A DNA stretch of 64,000 nt from Eubacteriales bacterium (GCA_045657245.1 JAZOSQ010000053.1:3449-67448); one strand, 5' to 3'; shown: positions 8,190-19,833, numbered from the stretch's first letter. The notes: a model not told the origin generated them from the letters alone. Program-made: numbers and translations.

Positions 8190-10429
8190 TGAGGTTAGGA
8201 ATGGCAAGAAAAAAGTCAAAAGTAATCGAACCGCAAATTATATCCGAACCTATTGACGTTAATATAACAAACGTACTTGAAACAAACTATATGCCTTATG
8301 CGATGAGCGTTATTGTTTCTCGTGCGATTCCCGAAATCGACGGGTTCAAGCCGGCACACAGAAAGCTTCTTTATACGATGTATAAAATGGGGCTTTTGAA
8401 CGGACAAAAGCAGAAAAGCGCAAAAGTTGTCGGTCAAACAATGGTTTTGAACCCTCACGGCGATGCTGCAATCTATGAAACGCTTGTCCGTCTCACAACG
8501 GGCAAGGAATGTCTTTTGCATCCGTTTATAGAATCGAAGGGAAGCTTTGGTAAACAGTATTCTGATATGGCGTATGCCGCTTCACGTTATACTGAATGTA
8601 AATTGGCTAAATTCAGCGAAGAAATTTTCGACGGCATTGACAGAGATGCAGTTGATTTTGTAGATAACTACGATAGCACGACGACAGAACCTGTTGTTTT
8701 GCCGACGAGCTTTCCGAATATACTTGTTTCTCCGAACTCGGGTATTGCTGTTGGTATGGCAAGTGATATATGTTCGTTCAACCTTCGTGAAGTGTGCGAG
8801 GTCACCTCGGCATTTCTCCGTAATGAAAACATCACAACCGATGAAATCTTGGATATCTTAAAAGCTCCCGACTTCTCGACCGGCGGTTTGTTGATATATG
8901 ATAAGAACAAGCTTCGCGAAATTTATGAAACGGGAAGAGGTTCCGTTAAGGTTAGAGCAAAATACGTTTATGATAAAAGCGAAAACCGTATTGAAGTATT
9001 GCAGATACCTTATACGACCACGCTCGAAAAAATACGCGAGAGTATGATCCAACTTGCCAAGGAAGGCAAGATTAAGGATGTTTCCGACGTTCGCGACGAG
9101 ATCGATATAAACGGCTTCAAAATGGCAATCGATCTCAAAAGAGGTGCAGATCCCGAAAAGTTAATGCGTAAGCTTTTCAAGATGACAAAGCTTGAGGATG
9201 ATTTTAAGTGTAATTTCAATATACTTGTCGGCGGTGTTCCTCAAACTATGGGAATTAAGCAAATTCTCGAAGAATGGTGTGCATTCCGAATTGAATGTTT
9301 ACGCAGAACATATATTTTCGACCTTGGAAAGAAGAACGAAAAGCTTCATCTTCTTTACGGTTTAAGGTCTATTTTGCTCGATATTGATAAAGCGATTGCT
9401 ATTATCAGAGGTACCGAAAACGAAAAAGACGTTGTTCCCAACTTGATGAGCGGTTTTTCGATTGATGAAATTCAGGCGGAATATGTTGCCGATATTAAAC
9501 TTCGTAATCTTAATAAACAATATATTCTCAAGCGAATCGACGAAATCGGACAGCTTGAAAAGGATATCGAGGAACTCAAGCTTTTGATATCGAGTGAAAG
9601 ACGAATCAAAACCCGTATTATAAAGCAGTTGAACGAAATTGCAAACAAATATGGTGTTCCAAGAAAAACCTATATAATAGACAGCACTGAAATTTGTGAC
9701 GAGGACACCGAAGAACCGATTCCCGATTATCCTTGTGAAGCATTTTTGAGCGTTGAGGGATATTTCAAAAAATGTACCTTGGCTTCTTTGAGAGGTAACG
9801 ACGTACAGAAATTCAAAGAAAATGACTCTTTGAGAACGAAATTTATCACGAAAAACAACGAAGAAGTTCTTTTCTTTACTTCTGATGCACAGGTTTATAA
9901 ATCCCGTCTTGATGATTTTGAAGATACGAAGGCAAGTGCACTTGGCGAATACGTTCCTGGCAAACTCAAATTCAATGAAAACGAAAAAGTTGTATCTGCG
10001 ATTTGTTTGGGCGAGTATAACGGCAGAGTTGTTCTCTTTTTCGAAAACGGTAAAGCAGTCTCTCTGCCTATGGACGTATATGCAACGAAAACAAACCGCA
10101 AGAAGTTGACGAATGCATTCTTCGGCGGAAGTACTCTTATTGCGGCATTTATGGCTACTGACAAGGCTGAATATCTTGTCCGTTCCGACGACGGCAGAGC
10201 ATTGTTGATTAAAGATAATCAAATTATTGAGAAAACGACACGTACCTCTTCGGGAAGCACTCTCTTTACTTTGAAAAAGGGAAAGAAAGTTGTTTCAGTC
10301 GAGATATACGATCGCGAAAAACAGCCATTATTGAAAGAATCTCGTTACAGAAAGAGTAAATTACCGGCATCGGGCGTGATTTTTGAGGATATTGATCCCG
10401 ATATAACCCAGCAAACTCTTCTTGATTGA
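8189..10429 (+). CDS. type IIA DNA topoisomerase subunit A (GyrA/ParC family, ParC-like)
   Basis: Contains AMSVIVSRAIPEIDGFKPAHRKLLY and the active-site region AASRYTE. The start could instead be the ATG at 8201, which has a GAGG RBS. Confidence 0.8.
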   Translation: MRLGMARKKSKVIEPQIISEPIDVNITNVLETNYMPYAMSVIVSRAIPEIDGFKPAHRKLLYTMYKMGLLNGQKQKSAKVVGQTMVLNPHGDAAIYETLVRLTTGKECLLHPFIESKGSFGKQYSDMAYAASRYTECKLAKFSEEIFDGIDRDAVDFVDNYDSTTTEPVVLPTSFPNILVSPNSGIAVGMASDICSFNLREVCEVTSAFLRNENITTDEILDILKAPDFSTGGLLIYDKNKLREIYETGRGSVKVRAKYVYDKSENRIEVLQIPYTTTLEKIRESMIQLAKEGKIKDVSDVRDEIDINGFKMAIDLKRGADPEKLMRKLFKMTKLEDDFKCNFNILVGGVPQTMGIKQILEEWCAFRIECLRRTYIFDLGKKNEKLHLLYGLRSILLDIDKAIAIIRGTENEKDVVPNLMSGFSIDEIQAEYVADIKLRNLNKQYILKRIDEIGQLEKDIEELKLLISSERRIKTRIIKQLNEIANKYGVPRKTYIIDSTEICDEDTEEPIPDYPCEAFLSVEGYFKKCTLASLRGNDVQKFKENDSLRTKFITKNNEEVLFFTSDAQVYKSRLDDFEDTKASALGEYVPGKLKFNENEKVVSAICLGEYNGRVVLFFENGKAVSLPMDVYATKTNRKKLTNAFFGGSTLIAAFMATDKAEYLVRSDDGRALLIKDNQIIEKTTRTSSGSTLFTLKKGKKVVSVEIYDREKQPLLKESRYRKSKLPASGVIFEDIDPDITQQTLLD

Positions 10430-10478
10430 CAAGATTTATAAATGATGATATAATAAATCAGTTTGGAGGCGTTGAACG

Positions 10479-12521
10479 ATGAAGACAATCAAACGATTTT
10501 TTCGACGATATTTATTTGAAATAACGGGCGTTGCAATTTTTATGGCCGTTTCTTTGCTTTTGATGTCTTTTAATCGTACGGCAGGGCTAATATCACTTTC
10601 TGGTTTATTGATTTATACGATAGTTGTCTTTTTACTGTTTAACCGAACCAATAGCCGTATTATTCGTGACCGTGACGGTAGTGGTTTATATAAGATGATT
10701 TCCGGATTGATGGAAAAAATTGATTCGCCCGTTATGGTCGTTAATGAATTTAATAAGATTGTTTGGTGTAATGATGAATTTTGTTCATTGGAAGAAGTTG
10801 TAGATAAACACGTTTCGGTTGGCTCGGCTAAACTTTTTGGTGGTAGCGCTTCATATTCTAACCTTTCTGCGGCGTATGAAGAGTATGCTGATTTTGTTCC
10901 TGTAACGACAGGTGAATCGTTCTACGAATTGCGTGTTTTTCCGCTTGAATACGGAAAACAGAAGCTTTTCGCTGCTGTTTGGTATAGTAAAGATAAAGAA
11001 AAGAATTTGAAACAACGTCTTGATGATACTGCTTTGCGTGTCGCTTATATCGTTATCGATAATACAAATGAAGTTACACAGGAAGTCCAAGAAAATCGTC
11101 GTTTCGGTTCTGCAACGGTCAATAAGCTTCTGTCAGAATGGGCTGCTGAATTCGATGCGATTCTTACAGAGTATGATCGCGACAAATATGTTATGCAGTT
11201 TGAAAACCGACATTTGAAGGTTATGACCGATGCGAAATTCGATATTCTTGATAGGGTTGTAGAATCGTCTTTGGATGAATCGCCGATACCGATAACGATT
11301 TCAATTGGTGTTTCAAGTGGTGACGGTACTCTTATCGAAAAACGTGAATCGGCACAGATTGCATTGCGTTCTGCGCTTCAACGTGGTGGCTCTCTTGCGG
11401 TTGTGCGAACGCCTGATGGTGATATAAGTTATGGTGGCAGAACAAAAGCGGTTCAACGTCAGACAAAGATTCGTTCAAGACTTTGTCGAGATCTACTTGC
11501 TGATCAGCTTTCCAAATGTTCAAACGTTATTATTATGGGACATTTGCGCCCCGACTTCGACTCTATTGCATCGAATATCGGTATTGCAAAGTTAGTTCAA
11601 ACGTACGATAAGGATTATTGCATAGTTGCAGACAAAAACGATAGAAATATTTCTAAAGTTATTGAATCGATAATAGAGTTTCCCGAATATGAAAGTGTTT
11701 TCGTTGATGCGGAATATGCTCAGGAAATGCTTACACCCGACACACTCGTTATTATAACAGATGCGTCCAACCCTGAACTTTTCTGTGCTCGTGATGTATA
11801 TGAAAATGCAAGTAAGGTTATTGTTATCGACCATCACGCAATAAAAGAAACCTTGGGAGATCAGGTTCTTCAACCCTCAAACATAGACCCGACAGCATCG
11901 AGTGCATCAGAACTTGTTTGTGAAATTCTCGAGTTGTCTCTAAACCCGAGTGCGTTACGCCCTGAAGAAGCGCAAATTCTTCTCGCTGGTATTTTGTTAG
12001 ATACACAGTTCTTTTCAAGAGACACAGGTACAAGAACCTATTCGGCTTGTATTTTCCTTAAGAATGCTGGTGCAGAAGCTGTTAAAGCTAAAAATCTTTT
12101 CAAATCTGATATGAAACAGTTCCGTTCAATAAGCTCTATTGAAAACAAAATGACTGTTTATAAAGATAAGTATGCGATTTCGTATTTTGACGAAGGTGTA
12201 AACTCTGAAAATAAGGTTATTGCTTCTAAAGCGGCAGATAGACTTGTTGATATTGATGGCATTTCTGCATCTTTCGTTTTGTATTCGCTCGACAACGGTA
12301 TCAATCTTTCTGCTCGAAGTGACGGAACGGTTAATGTTATAAATATCGCAAAACTTCTTGGTGGTGGCGGACATTTTCAATCTGCCGGTGCATTGATTAG
12401 ACGTTTTGATGGCAGGGATTTTGGTGGTGCTGTGTTCGATATGGACGAAGCAGAAGCAATATTGAAAGAAGCCATTGATGAGTATCTTGGCGACATTGTG
12501 AAAGAAGGTAAAACAGTATGA
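10479..12521 (+). CDS. gdpP: GdpP-type DHH/DHHA1 phosphodiesterase (cyclic-di-AMP phosphodiesterase)
   Basis: Two N-terminal TM helices, a degenerate PAS/GGDEF-like middle, DHH (VIDHH) and a GGGH DHHA1 motif. It sits in the conserved gdpP-rplI-dnaB order. Confidence 0.8.
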   Translation: MKTIKRFFRRYLFEITGVAIFMAVSLLLMSFNRTAGLISLSGLLIYTIVVFLLFNRTNSRIIRDRDGSGLYKMISGLMEKIDSPVMVVNEFNKIVWCNDEFCSLEEVVDKHVSVGSAKLFGGSASYSNLSAAYEEYADFVPVTTGESFYELRVFPLEYGKQKLFAAVWYSKDKEKNLKQRLDDTALRVAYIVIDNTNEVTQEVQENRRFGSATVNKLLSEWAAEFDAILTEYDRDKYVMQFENRHLKVMTDAKFDILDRVVESSLDESPIPITISIGVSSGDGTLIEKRESAQIALRSALQRGGSLAVVRTPDGDISYGGRTKAVQRQTKIRSRLCRDLLADQLSKCSNVIIMGHLRPDFDSIASNIGIAKLVQTYDKDYCIVADKNDRNISKVIESIIEFPEYESVFVDAEYAQEMLTPDTLVIITDASNPELFCARDVYENASKVIVIDHHAIKETLGDQVLQPSNIDPTASSASELVCEILELSLNPSALRPEEAQILLAGILLDTQFFSRDTGTRTYSACIFLKNAGAEAVKAKNLFKSDMKQFRSISSIENKMTVYKDKYAISYFDEGVNSENKVIASKAADRLVDIDGISASFVLYSLDNGINLSARSDGTVNVINIAKLLGGGGHFQSAGALIRRFDGRDFGGAVFDMDEAEAILKEAIDEYLGDIVKEGKTV

Positions 12522-12961
12522 AAGTAATTCTACTTGCTGACGTTAAAGGTCAAGGAAAAAAAGGTGAACTTATAAACACTTCCGATGGATACGCAAGAAA
12601 TTTTCTTCTTCCTAGAAAACTTGCAAAAATAGCAGATTCAGGTTCTATCAAAGAAATCGAAATGAAGAAGGAAAGCGCTGCATTCCACCTTGCCGAAGAA
12701 AAGAAAAAAGCAAACGAAACAAAAGAGTTTCTTGCTGATAAACAGCTTGTATTCCAAACCACGGGTGGTGCTGACGGCAGATTGTACAGCGCTGTTACGA
12801 ATAAGGATATCAGTGAAAAGATTGAAGCGGAATTCGGAATCAAAATTGATAAAAGAAACATCACGCTTGCCGAAACAATCAAAACCGTCGGTGAATACGT
12901 TGTTAAGATTAAGCTTTTCCAAGGAATCACTGCTGACCTCAAACTCGTTGTAAAAGCGTAA
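12518..12961 (+). CDS. rplI: 50S ribosomal protein L9
   Basis: MKVILLADVKGQGKKGELINTSDGYARNFLLP is the canonical L9 N-terminus. ATGA start/stop overlap with gdpP. Confidence 0.9.
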   Translation: MKVILLADVKGQGKKGELINTSDGYARNFLLPRKLAKIADSGSIKEIEMKKESAAFHLAEEKKKANETKEFLADKQLVFQTTGGADGRLYSAVTNKDISEKIEAEFGIKIDKRNITLAETIKTVGEYVVKIKLFQGITADLKLVVKA

Positions 12962-12994
12962 ATTACATTAAATTCAAAGAACAGAGGAATCGAA

Positions 12995-14362
12995 ATGGCA
13001 GAACTTGATATTAAAAAAATGCCGTTTTCGCTTGAAGCGGAACAGGCAATACTCGGTACAGTAATTGTTGATTCCGAAAAGTTTGCCGAGGTTGCCACGT
13101 TAAAGGCAGAAGATTTTTATCTTCAGCAACACAAAGAGATATTTTCCGCAATGCGTGATATGTTTTCGAAAAATAGAGTTATCGACCCGGTAACTCTTAT
13201 TGACACGCTTACACATTTGGGCACTTATACCGAAGGCGATGCTGCAAAATATATCAAGTTACTTGTCGACCTTGCCTCTGATGCTACAAATATCGAAGAA
13301 TACACCCAGATTATTCGAGACAAAGCTATGTTGCGTTCGCTTATTGATGCATCTCGTGATATTTCCGACCTTGCATATAGCGAAAAAGGGGAAGTGGGCG
13401 AAGCAATCAATTATGCTGAGCATAGAATATACTCGATTTCTCAAGATAAATATAAAGATGGGTTTGATAAGATTTCTGATGTCATCGCAGGATATTCTCA
13501 AACCTTGACTATGCTCAAGAACGATCCTGATTTGCTTTCGGGAACACCGACTCGCTTTGATAAGCTTGACCGACTTCTTGTCGGGATGGGTAAAGGCGAC
13601 CTCATTGTTGTCGGTGGACGACCCGGTATGGGTAAAACAAGTTTTTGTATGAACGTTGCTACCAACGTTGCAAAAACAACCGATAAAAATATTGCTGTTT
13701 TTTCTCTTGAAATGTCGTCGGAACAGCTCGTTTCGAGAATGATAAGCAGTGAAGCGCTTATTGACAGCTCAAGTATGAGAACCGGCAAACTTTCTGACAA
13801 AGATTGGGAAAAGTTTGCGGAAGCGGGAAGTGTTCTAGCAAAGACAAATATTTATATTGACCCTAACCCAAATATTACTCCTACTGAAATGAAGTCGAAA
13901 TTGCGTAGACTTGGTAACCTGGGTCTTGTCGTTATCGACTATCTCCAACTCATGCATCCCGACGTAACAACAAATAATCCTGTTCAGGATATCGCAAGCA
14001 TTACACGTTCAATAAAGCTTATGGCAAAGGAATTTGAAATACCGATAATTCTTTGTTCCCAGCTTTCTCGTGCAACGGATAAACGTGGACAAAAAGAACG
14101 TCAACCTATGCTTTCTGACCTTCGTGATTCCGGTGCAATCGAGCAGGACGCTGATATCGTACTCTTTATTTACCGTAGTGATTATTACGAAAGCAAAGAC
14201 GGTGAAGCACCTCAACTGCAGGAAACGAATTCCGACTTTATGATTGCGGAATGTAACGTCGCAAAGAACAGACATGGCGGTACAGGTACTGTTCAATTGA
14301 ACTGGATAGGTAAATTCTTCAAATTTACAGGAATTGATAATTCTGAAAATGAACCGATTTAG
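12995..14362 (+). CDS. dnaB: replicative DNA helicase DnaB
   Basis: PFSLEAEQAILG N-terminus, Walker A GGRPGMGKTS, and a normal 455-aa length with no intein. Confidence 0.9.
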   Translation: MAELDIKKMPFSLEAEQAILGTVIVDSEKFAEVATLKAEDFYLQQHKEIFSAMRDMFSKNRVIDPVTLIDTLTHLGTYTEGDAAKYIKLLVDLASDATNIEEYTQIIRDKAMLRSLIDASRDISDLAYSEKGEVGEAINYAEHRIYSISQDKYKDGFDKISDVIAGYSQTLTMLKNDPDLLSGTPTRFDKLDRLLVGMGKGDLIVVGGRPGMGKTSFCMNVATNVAKTTDKNIAVFSLEMSSEQLVSRMISSEALIDSSSMRTGKLSDKDWEKFAEAGSVLAKTNIYIDPNPNITPTEMKSKLRRLGNLGLVVIDYLQLMHPDVTTNNPVQDIASITRSIKLMAKEFEIPIILCSQLSRATDKRGQKERQPMLSDLRDSGAIEQDADIVLFIYRSDYYESKDGEAPQLQETNSDFMIAECNVAKNRHGGTGTVQLNWIGKFFKFTGIDNSENEPI

Positions 14363-15728
14363 TGTTGAATTTTTAAATAAAATCAAAGATTACTTCAAAC
14401 TCTTGCCTTTTGATATAAAAGGCAAGAATTTGTGTGTATGTCTATCGGGCGGAGCAGACTCGGTTTCTTTACTTCGTGCAATGCATTTTTTGTCTGACGA
14501 GTTGGAGGTTGAGGTTTCGGCTTGTCATTTTAATCATATGATTCGCGGACAAGAAGCAGACGAAGACGAGCTTTTCTGTAAGAATCTCTGTAAAACCTTG
14601 GGTATTAAGATATATTTCGGAAGAGATGACGTACCTCTTTATGCAAAGACCGAGAAAAAGTCTATTGAAGAAGCCGCCAGAGAATGTAGATATTCTTTTT
14701 TTCAACGTATTTCCGAAAAACAGAATATAGACTATTGTCTTACGGCACATAATATGAATGATGACGCCGAAACTTTGTTGTTTAATTTAATCAGAGGTTC
14801 AGGTTCTAACGGTGCATCTTCGATATCATTGTATAACGGCAAGATTTTGCGACCGCTTTTGAAAGTTAGTCGTAAAGATATTGAAGACTTTCTTTCTGGT
14901 TTATCACAAGAATACGTTACCGATAGCACGAATCTTTCTGTGGAATATACAAGGAATTATATACGTTCTGTATTAATGCCCGAGATTGAGAAGATCAACC
15001 CAATGGCATCACAATCGCTATCGAGATATGCCGATTCTGTTCGTGCGGATAGGGAGTATTTTGATGAAGTTGTCTCTTCAAACCTTGATGTTGATTTGAG
15101 AGCACTACCAGAAGCGATCAGACGCCGTGTTATAATCAGAAAATTTCATGAGTTTTCGTCAAGTCATTTGAATTTTGAATTAATCAATAAACTCGACAAT
15201 TTGATTTTTGAATCAAAACGTAGTATAATTTCGATTTTTTCACAATATGAAGCTGTTATTTATGAAGGTAAAATTGAATTTTATAATAAAACTGACGATG
15301 TAGATCATATATTTCATCCCGTTGAGTTATCTTTCGGAGAAAATAGTATCTTTAACGAAAGAGTTGACATAATAATCGCAAAGACAGATATCGATACGTC
15401 GCAGAAAGTTAACAAATTATCCATAGCAAACAAATTTTCTTTTGATAAAATTGTTGGCGATCTTCGTGTGAAGAACCGTTCTGTCGGTGATAAAATTTGT
15501 ATACACGGCATCAACAAGAGTTTGAAAAAACTCTTTATTGATAAGAAAATACCCAAGGAGTATAGAAATATAATTCCTGTTGTTTTTGATGATTTAGGAA
15601 TTGTATATGTACCCTTTGTTGGTATTGCAGACCGAGTTTTTGCGAAAGATTCAAAAGATATAGTATATATCAAGACAACGTTCAAAACTATAGAAAAAGA
15701 AAGGTGGAATAACGCCTATGAAAAATAA
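14349..15728 (+). CDS. tilS: tRNA(Ile)-lysidine synthetase
   Basis: PP-loop SGGADS motif and typical TilS length. It overlaps both dnaB and ftsH. Confidence 0.85.
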   Translation: MNRFSVEFLNKIKDYFKLLPFDIKGKNLCVCLSGGADSVSLLRAMHFLSDELEVEVSACHFNHMIRGQEADEDELFCKNLCKTLGIKIYFGRDDVPLYAKTEKKSIEEAARECRYSFFQRISEKQNIDYCLTAHNMNDDAETLLFNLIRGSGSNGASSISLYNGKILRPLLKVSRKDIEDFLSGLSQEYVTDSTNLSVEYTRNYIRSVLMPEIEKINPMASQSLSRYADSVRADREYFDEVVSSNLDVDLRALPEAIRRRVIIRKFHEFSSSHLNFELINKLDNLIFESKRSIISIFSQYEAVIYEGKIEFYNKTDDVDHIFHPVELSFGENSIFNERVDIIIAKTDIDTSQKVNKLSIANKFSFDKIVGDLRVKNRSVGDKICIHGINKSLKKLFIDKKIPKEYRNIIPVVFDDLGIVYVPFVGIADRVFAKDSKDIVYIKTTFKTIEKERWNNAYEK

Positions 15729-17778
15729 AGGTCCTGGAAAGATTTTACTGTTTTATTTGATTTTCTTCTTGGTAATTATTTTTGTTGCAAATGCATTTGC
15801 AGGTGCGAATAATAAGCAAGAAGAAATCGACTACAGCAAAGTCGTAAAAATGTTCCAAAAAGAGGAAGTAAAGCGATATTATATCGATAATACAGGTATT
15901 TTATATCTCTCCTCGAAGGAAAACGACAGCGAAGATATCGATTTGAAAACCTTCGAATATATGCATTCGCTTGCTGATATTGAACAGTTCAGAACGGATT
16001 TAGGTGAATTGATAATTGCCCAAACCGAAAAGGGAACATTACAGAGATATGATTATCAAGCTCCCGCAGTACTTCCTTGGTGGGCGGCTTATTTGCCTTA
16101 TTTGATAGTTATTATCATTCTTCTCGTTGTATTCTGGTTGTTTATCTCTCGCACTTCGAAAAACAACGGCGGTGGAGGAGGTTTTGGTCTTGGCGGAAAG
16201 ATGAATTCTTTCAGCAAAGCAAGAACAAGACTCGGCAGCGATGAGAAGAAGAAGGTTATGTTTACCGACGTTGCAGGTGCTGACGAAGAAAAAGAAGAAC
16301 TTCAAGAAGTTGTTGAATTCCTTCGTAATCCTAACAAGTTTTCTGATCTTGGTGCAAGAATTCCTAGGGGTGTTCTTCTTGTAGGTTCTCCCGGTACAGG
16401 TAAAACTTTGTTGGCAAAAGCTGTTGCAGGCGAAAGCGGAGTTCCTTTCTATTCAATTTCCGGTTCTGATTTCGTTGAAATGTATGTCGGTGTCGGCGCA
16501 TCGAGAGCTAGAGACCTTTTCGAAACTGCGAAAAAGACTGCACCTTGCATTATTTTCATCGATGAAATTGATGCTGTTGGTAGACACAGAGGCGCAGGTC
16601 TTGGTGGCGGACACGACGAACGCGAACAAACCTTGAACCAATTACTCGTTGAAATGGATGGTTTTGGCGTTAATGACGGTGTTATCGTTATTGCGGCAAC
16701 AAACCGTCCCGATATACTTGACCCCGCTTTGTTGCGCCCCGGTCGATTTGATAGACAGATAACAGTTAATCTTCCTGATATTAAAGGCAGAGAAGAGATT
16801 CTAAAGGTTCATTCCAGAGGTAAGCCTTTGGGCGCAGACGTTGATTTGGCAGTAATCGCGAAGTCAACTTCCGGTTTTAGTGGCGCAGATCTTGCAAACC
16901 TTCTTAACGAAGCGGCACTTCTTGCCGCGAGAAAGAAAAAGACTGTTATTAATACTGACGATATCGAAGAAGCTACTATCAAGGTTATAGTCGGTCCTCA
17001 AAAGAAGTCGTTGATGATAACTCCCGATGAAAAGCTTAAGACCGCATATCACGAAGCGGGACATGCAATAGTTACCAAATTGGTCGGCACACAAGACCCT
17101 GTACACCAAATTTCGATTATCCCCAGCGGACGTGCACTTGGTTATACTTTGTCATTACCTGAAAAGGATAAGACGAGCGTCTATAAGATAGAACTTCTCG
17201 ATAATATTTGTACGCTTCTTGGTGGTCGTGCGGCTGAAAAACTCATGTGCGATGATATTTCCGGTGGTGCATCGAATGATATCGAACGTGCGACGGATAT
17301 CGCTCGTAAGATGGTGACAAAGTTTGGTATGAGTGATGTTCTTGGTCCTGTTGTGTATTCCGCCGAAAACTCTGAAGTGTTCCTTGGAAAAGATTTCGGA
17401 ACAACAAAGAATTATTCCGAAAAGATTGCAGAACAGATTGATGCCGAAATTTATAATTTCGTAAATTCCGGATATGAACGTGCATTAAAAATACTTGAAG
17501 AAAACAAAGAGATTCTTACGTTTATTGCAAATTATCTTGTTAAGAACGAGATTATGGATGCAGAACAGTTCGAGCTTTGTTTTATTGATGGAGTAACCGA
17601 AGAAATGCTCGATGCGGTTTCGGAAAAAAAGAAGAAAGCTGCTGAAATCGAGAACCAAAAAAGACGTGAAGCTCTCGAGGAATCGAAAAAAGAAAAGAAA
17701 AAAGACCAAGATTCCGAAAAGAAAGAACCGTCTTCTACAGAAGAAGTGATTTTTTCTGACGATATATTAAACAATTAA
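15718..17778 (+). CDS. ftsH: ATP-dependent zinc metalloprotease FtsH
   Basis: Two TM helices, AAA Walker A GSPGTGKT, the zinc motif HEAGHA, and a K/E-rich C-terminal tail. Confidence 0.95.
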   Translation: MKNKGPGKILLFYLIFFLVIIFVANAFAGANNKQEEIDYSKVVKMFQKEEVKRYYIDNTGILYLSSKENDSEDIDLKTFEYMHSLADIEQFRTDLGELIIAQTEKGTLQRYDYQAPAVLPWWAAYLPYLIVIIILLVVFWLFISRTSKNNGGGGGFGLGGKMNSFSKARTRLGSDEKKKVMFTDVAGADEEKEELQEVVEFLRNPNKFSDLGARIPRGVLLVGSPGTGKTLLAKAVAGESGVPFYSISGSDFVEMYVGVGASRARDLFETAKKTAPCIIFIDEIDAVGRHRGAGLGGGHDEREQTLNQLLVEMDGFGVNDGVIVIAATNRPDILDPALLRPGRFDRQITVNLPDIKGREEILKVHSRGKPLGADVDLAVIAKSTSGFSGADLANLLNEAALLAARKKKTVINTDDIEEATIKVIVGPQKKSLMITPDEKLKTAYHEAGHAIVTKLVGTQDPVHQISIIPSGRALGYTLSLPEKDKTSVYKIELLDNICTLLGGRAAEKLMCDDISGGASNDIERATDIARKMVTKFGMSDVLGPVVYSAENSEVFLGKDFGTTKNYSEKIAEQIDAEIYNFVNSGYERALKILEENKEILTFIANYLVKNEIMDAEQFELCFIDGVTEEMLDAVSEKKKKAAEIENQKRREALEESKKEKKKDQDSEKKEPSSTEEVIFSDDILNN

Positions 17779-17783
17779 AAAAT

Positions 17784-17817
17784 CTCTGTCGCAAATTTTT
17801 GCGACAGAGCATTTTTC
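17784..17817 (+). terminator. rho-independent terminator after ftsH
   Basis: 9-bp perfect stem ctctgtcgc/gcgacagag followed by cattttt. Confidence 0.8.
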
Positions 17818-17876
17818 TGTATAAACTCCTATTATTGCGTCAACTATCTTTACAAAGCAATAGGAGGGTATACACT

Positions 17877-19073
17877 TTGGAATTGAACGGAAGAAAATTA
17901 ACTAAAAACTTTGTTTGGATTGTATCAGCGGTTTTGTTTGTTATTGTTGCGATTTTGTTGACGATTTTATCGCTTGTTCTCAATAATGAGCATTCTGAGG
18001 ATGAAATTTCGGATCATAGTTCTATTAACGAACATAGCGCTCAAGACGTTTTCGTCGCATTGGATGAAAGTTCACACGATGTGATGAATTCTGATAATTC
18101 GATTGAAATCCTCGACGAAACCTCTTACGAAGAACAAGAAATCAATCACGGATGGGTCATAAACGAATATGGATATACCTATCTATATGATGATACAGGA
18201 TACGAACAGTTCACTTATTCTAATTATATTTTGAATAGGTTTATTGATAGCATTAACGAGTATTCAGATATTTTCTCCGAAAACACAAAGATATATAATA
18301 TGCTCGTTCCTGTAAGCAGTACGTTTGCATCAATACCGAGAGAGATTTATACTGCTGACGAGTTTTATAATAAGTCGCAATCTACCTTTGTTTCTACAAT
18401 TTCGTCGAGGACTAATGATAGGATAAAGAATATACCCATTGTGTCTATTATTGAAGAACAATATGATGAAGATGAATATGTTTTTTTCAGAACCGATCGA
18501 AATTGGACACAACTAGGTGCCTATTACGCTTATAACGAATTTTGTCGTGAACTTGATTTAATACCTTTGGAATTAGGATTTTTTCATGAAGAATCAATTA
18601 GTGATTTTCTTGGAAGCTTCTATAACGCAACAGGATCGGAAGTTATGTACAATAACCCCGACGAAATGGTGTTTTATTCGTTGCCAGACTCGATTTCTGT
18701 GGATTTGATTGTCTATGATTCGGATACAATCTATTTTGATTATAATCTTTGTGACAATTATGTATATCCTAATACTGCTTATAATATTTTTCTTGGTAGG
18801 GAAGCCGAGCGTTATGAAATCACAACCAATTCGGAAGATGGCTCGCTTTTGATTATCGGTGACAGTTCCGTTTTCCCGATTATCCCGTTTCTTGCTTGCC
18901 ATTACAGAAAAATTGATTTCATTTACCCTGAAAAATATACTGGCGACATCAAAGAGTTTGTTGCAGACAAAGAATATAACGACGTTTTGCTTATGTGCTA
19001 CTCTACAAGTGCAGTAAATAGCAATTATATCCCTTCACTAAATAGCATTATGGGAGATTCTAATAATGGATAA
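17877..19073 (+). CDS. DHHW-family membrane-anchored protein (AlgX/AlgJ-like SGNH relative) with a degenerate motif
   Basis: The start was reassigned to the TTG 8 nt after an AGGAGGG RBS, because the ORF-track start lies inside the ftsH terminator. It has an N-terminal TM helix, FRTDRNWTQLGAYYAY where the family has TDHHWT, and a later IIGDSSVFPIIPFL block. Confidence 0.6.
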   Translation: MELNGRKLTKNFVWIVSAVLFVIVAILLTILSLVLNNEHSEDEISDHSSINEHSAQDVFVALDESSHDVMNSDNSIEILDETSYEEQEINHGWVINEYGYTYLYDDTGYEQFTYSNYILNRFIDSINEYSDIFSENTKIYNMLVPVSSTFASIPREIYTADEFYNKSQSTFVSTISSRTNDRIKNIPIVSIIEEQYDEDEYVFFRTDRNWTQLGAYYAYNEFCRELDLIPLELGFFHEESISDFLGSFYNATGSEVMYNNPDEMVFYSLPDSISVDLIVYDSDTIYFDYNLCDNYVYPNTAYNIFLGREAERYEITTNSEDGSLLIIGDSSVFPIIPFLACHYRKIDFIYPEKYTGDIKEFVADKEYNDVLLMCYSTSAVNSNYIPSLNSIMGDSNNG

Positions 19074-19833
19074 AACAATTTTGGGCGGATTTGTTTCTGT
19101 CAAGAGTGTTATTGAAACGAAAAGCCGTGAGATTTATAAGATTTATATAGAAAAAGAACGATATGATAAGGTAATGCGTTCCGATCTTCGCGTCCCCGAA
19201 CAACGTCAATATAATGCATTGTTGAATTCTGGTACCGAATGTTGTTTTGTTGATGCGAAGGAATTTGAATCTTTGGTTCAAAATTCAACAGCCGGTGGTA
19301 TTGCAGCCGAAGTAGGGGCGAGAATCTTCACTCCTGTCGAAGAGATTTATTCTCTTCGCAACGGTTACATAGCAATGCTTGACGGCATTGAAGACCCTTT
19401 CAACTTCGCATATGCTTTGCGTTCGCTTTATGCTGCGGGTGTTGATGCGGTAATTTTGCCCGAACGTAACTTTTTCACTGCCAGTGATACCGTAATTCGT
19501 TCTTCAGCCGGTGCTTCTGAATTAATAAAAGCGTGTTGTGTCCCCGATTTAACAGAAGCGTGTAGAATATTGAAGTCGAAGGGCTACGACATTGTTTCTA
19601 CTGCAAAAAATGCAAAAGCCAAAGATCTTTATCGTTGTAAGTTGAAAAAACCACTATGTATCGTTTTTGGTGGCGAGAAAAGGGGTATCAAGCAAGAGAT
19701 ACTTGACCTTTCTGATCAGTGCATAAAAATCAAATATCCTCGTAATTGCCACTATTCGTTACCTGCGTGTAGTGCTATTTCGATTATTGCTTTTGAGTGT
19801 GCGAAGAAGTTTGAAACATTAACCAGGAGGTAG
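19066..19833 (+). CDS. TrmH/SpoU-family RNA 2'-O-methyltransferase (RlmB-like)
   Basis: SpoU methylase C-terminal motifs (VFGGEKRGI, IKYPRNCHYSLPACSAISI). Confidence 0.75.
   Translation: MDKTILGGFVSVKSVIETKSREIYKIYIEKERYDKVMRSDLRVPEQRQYNALLNSGTECCFVDAKEFESLVQNSTAGGIAAEVGARIFTPVEEIYSLRNGYIAMLDGIEDPFNFAYALRSLYAAGVDAVILPERNFFTASDTVIRSSAGASELIKACCVPDLTEACRILKSKGYDIVSTAKNAKAKDLYRCKLKKPLCIVFGGEKRGIKQEILDLSDQCIKIKYPRNCHYSLPACSAISIIAFECAKKFETLTRR

Noticed and set aside
14349-17778. tilS is directly fused to ftsH, with no hpt gene between them. Many Firmicutes have tilS-hprT-ftsH.
   Set aside because: It is a real difference in gene order. It is most simply explained by hpt being located elsewhere, and nothing in the sequence suggests a deletion scar.
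17799-17876. The ORF-track start (TTG at 17799) of the DHHW-like gene.
   Set aside because: That codon lies inside the loop and stem of the ftsH terminator hairpin. A TTG at 17877 preceded by AGGAGGG gives a sensible N-terminus (basic residues, then a TM helix).
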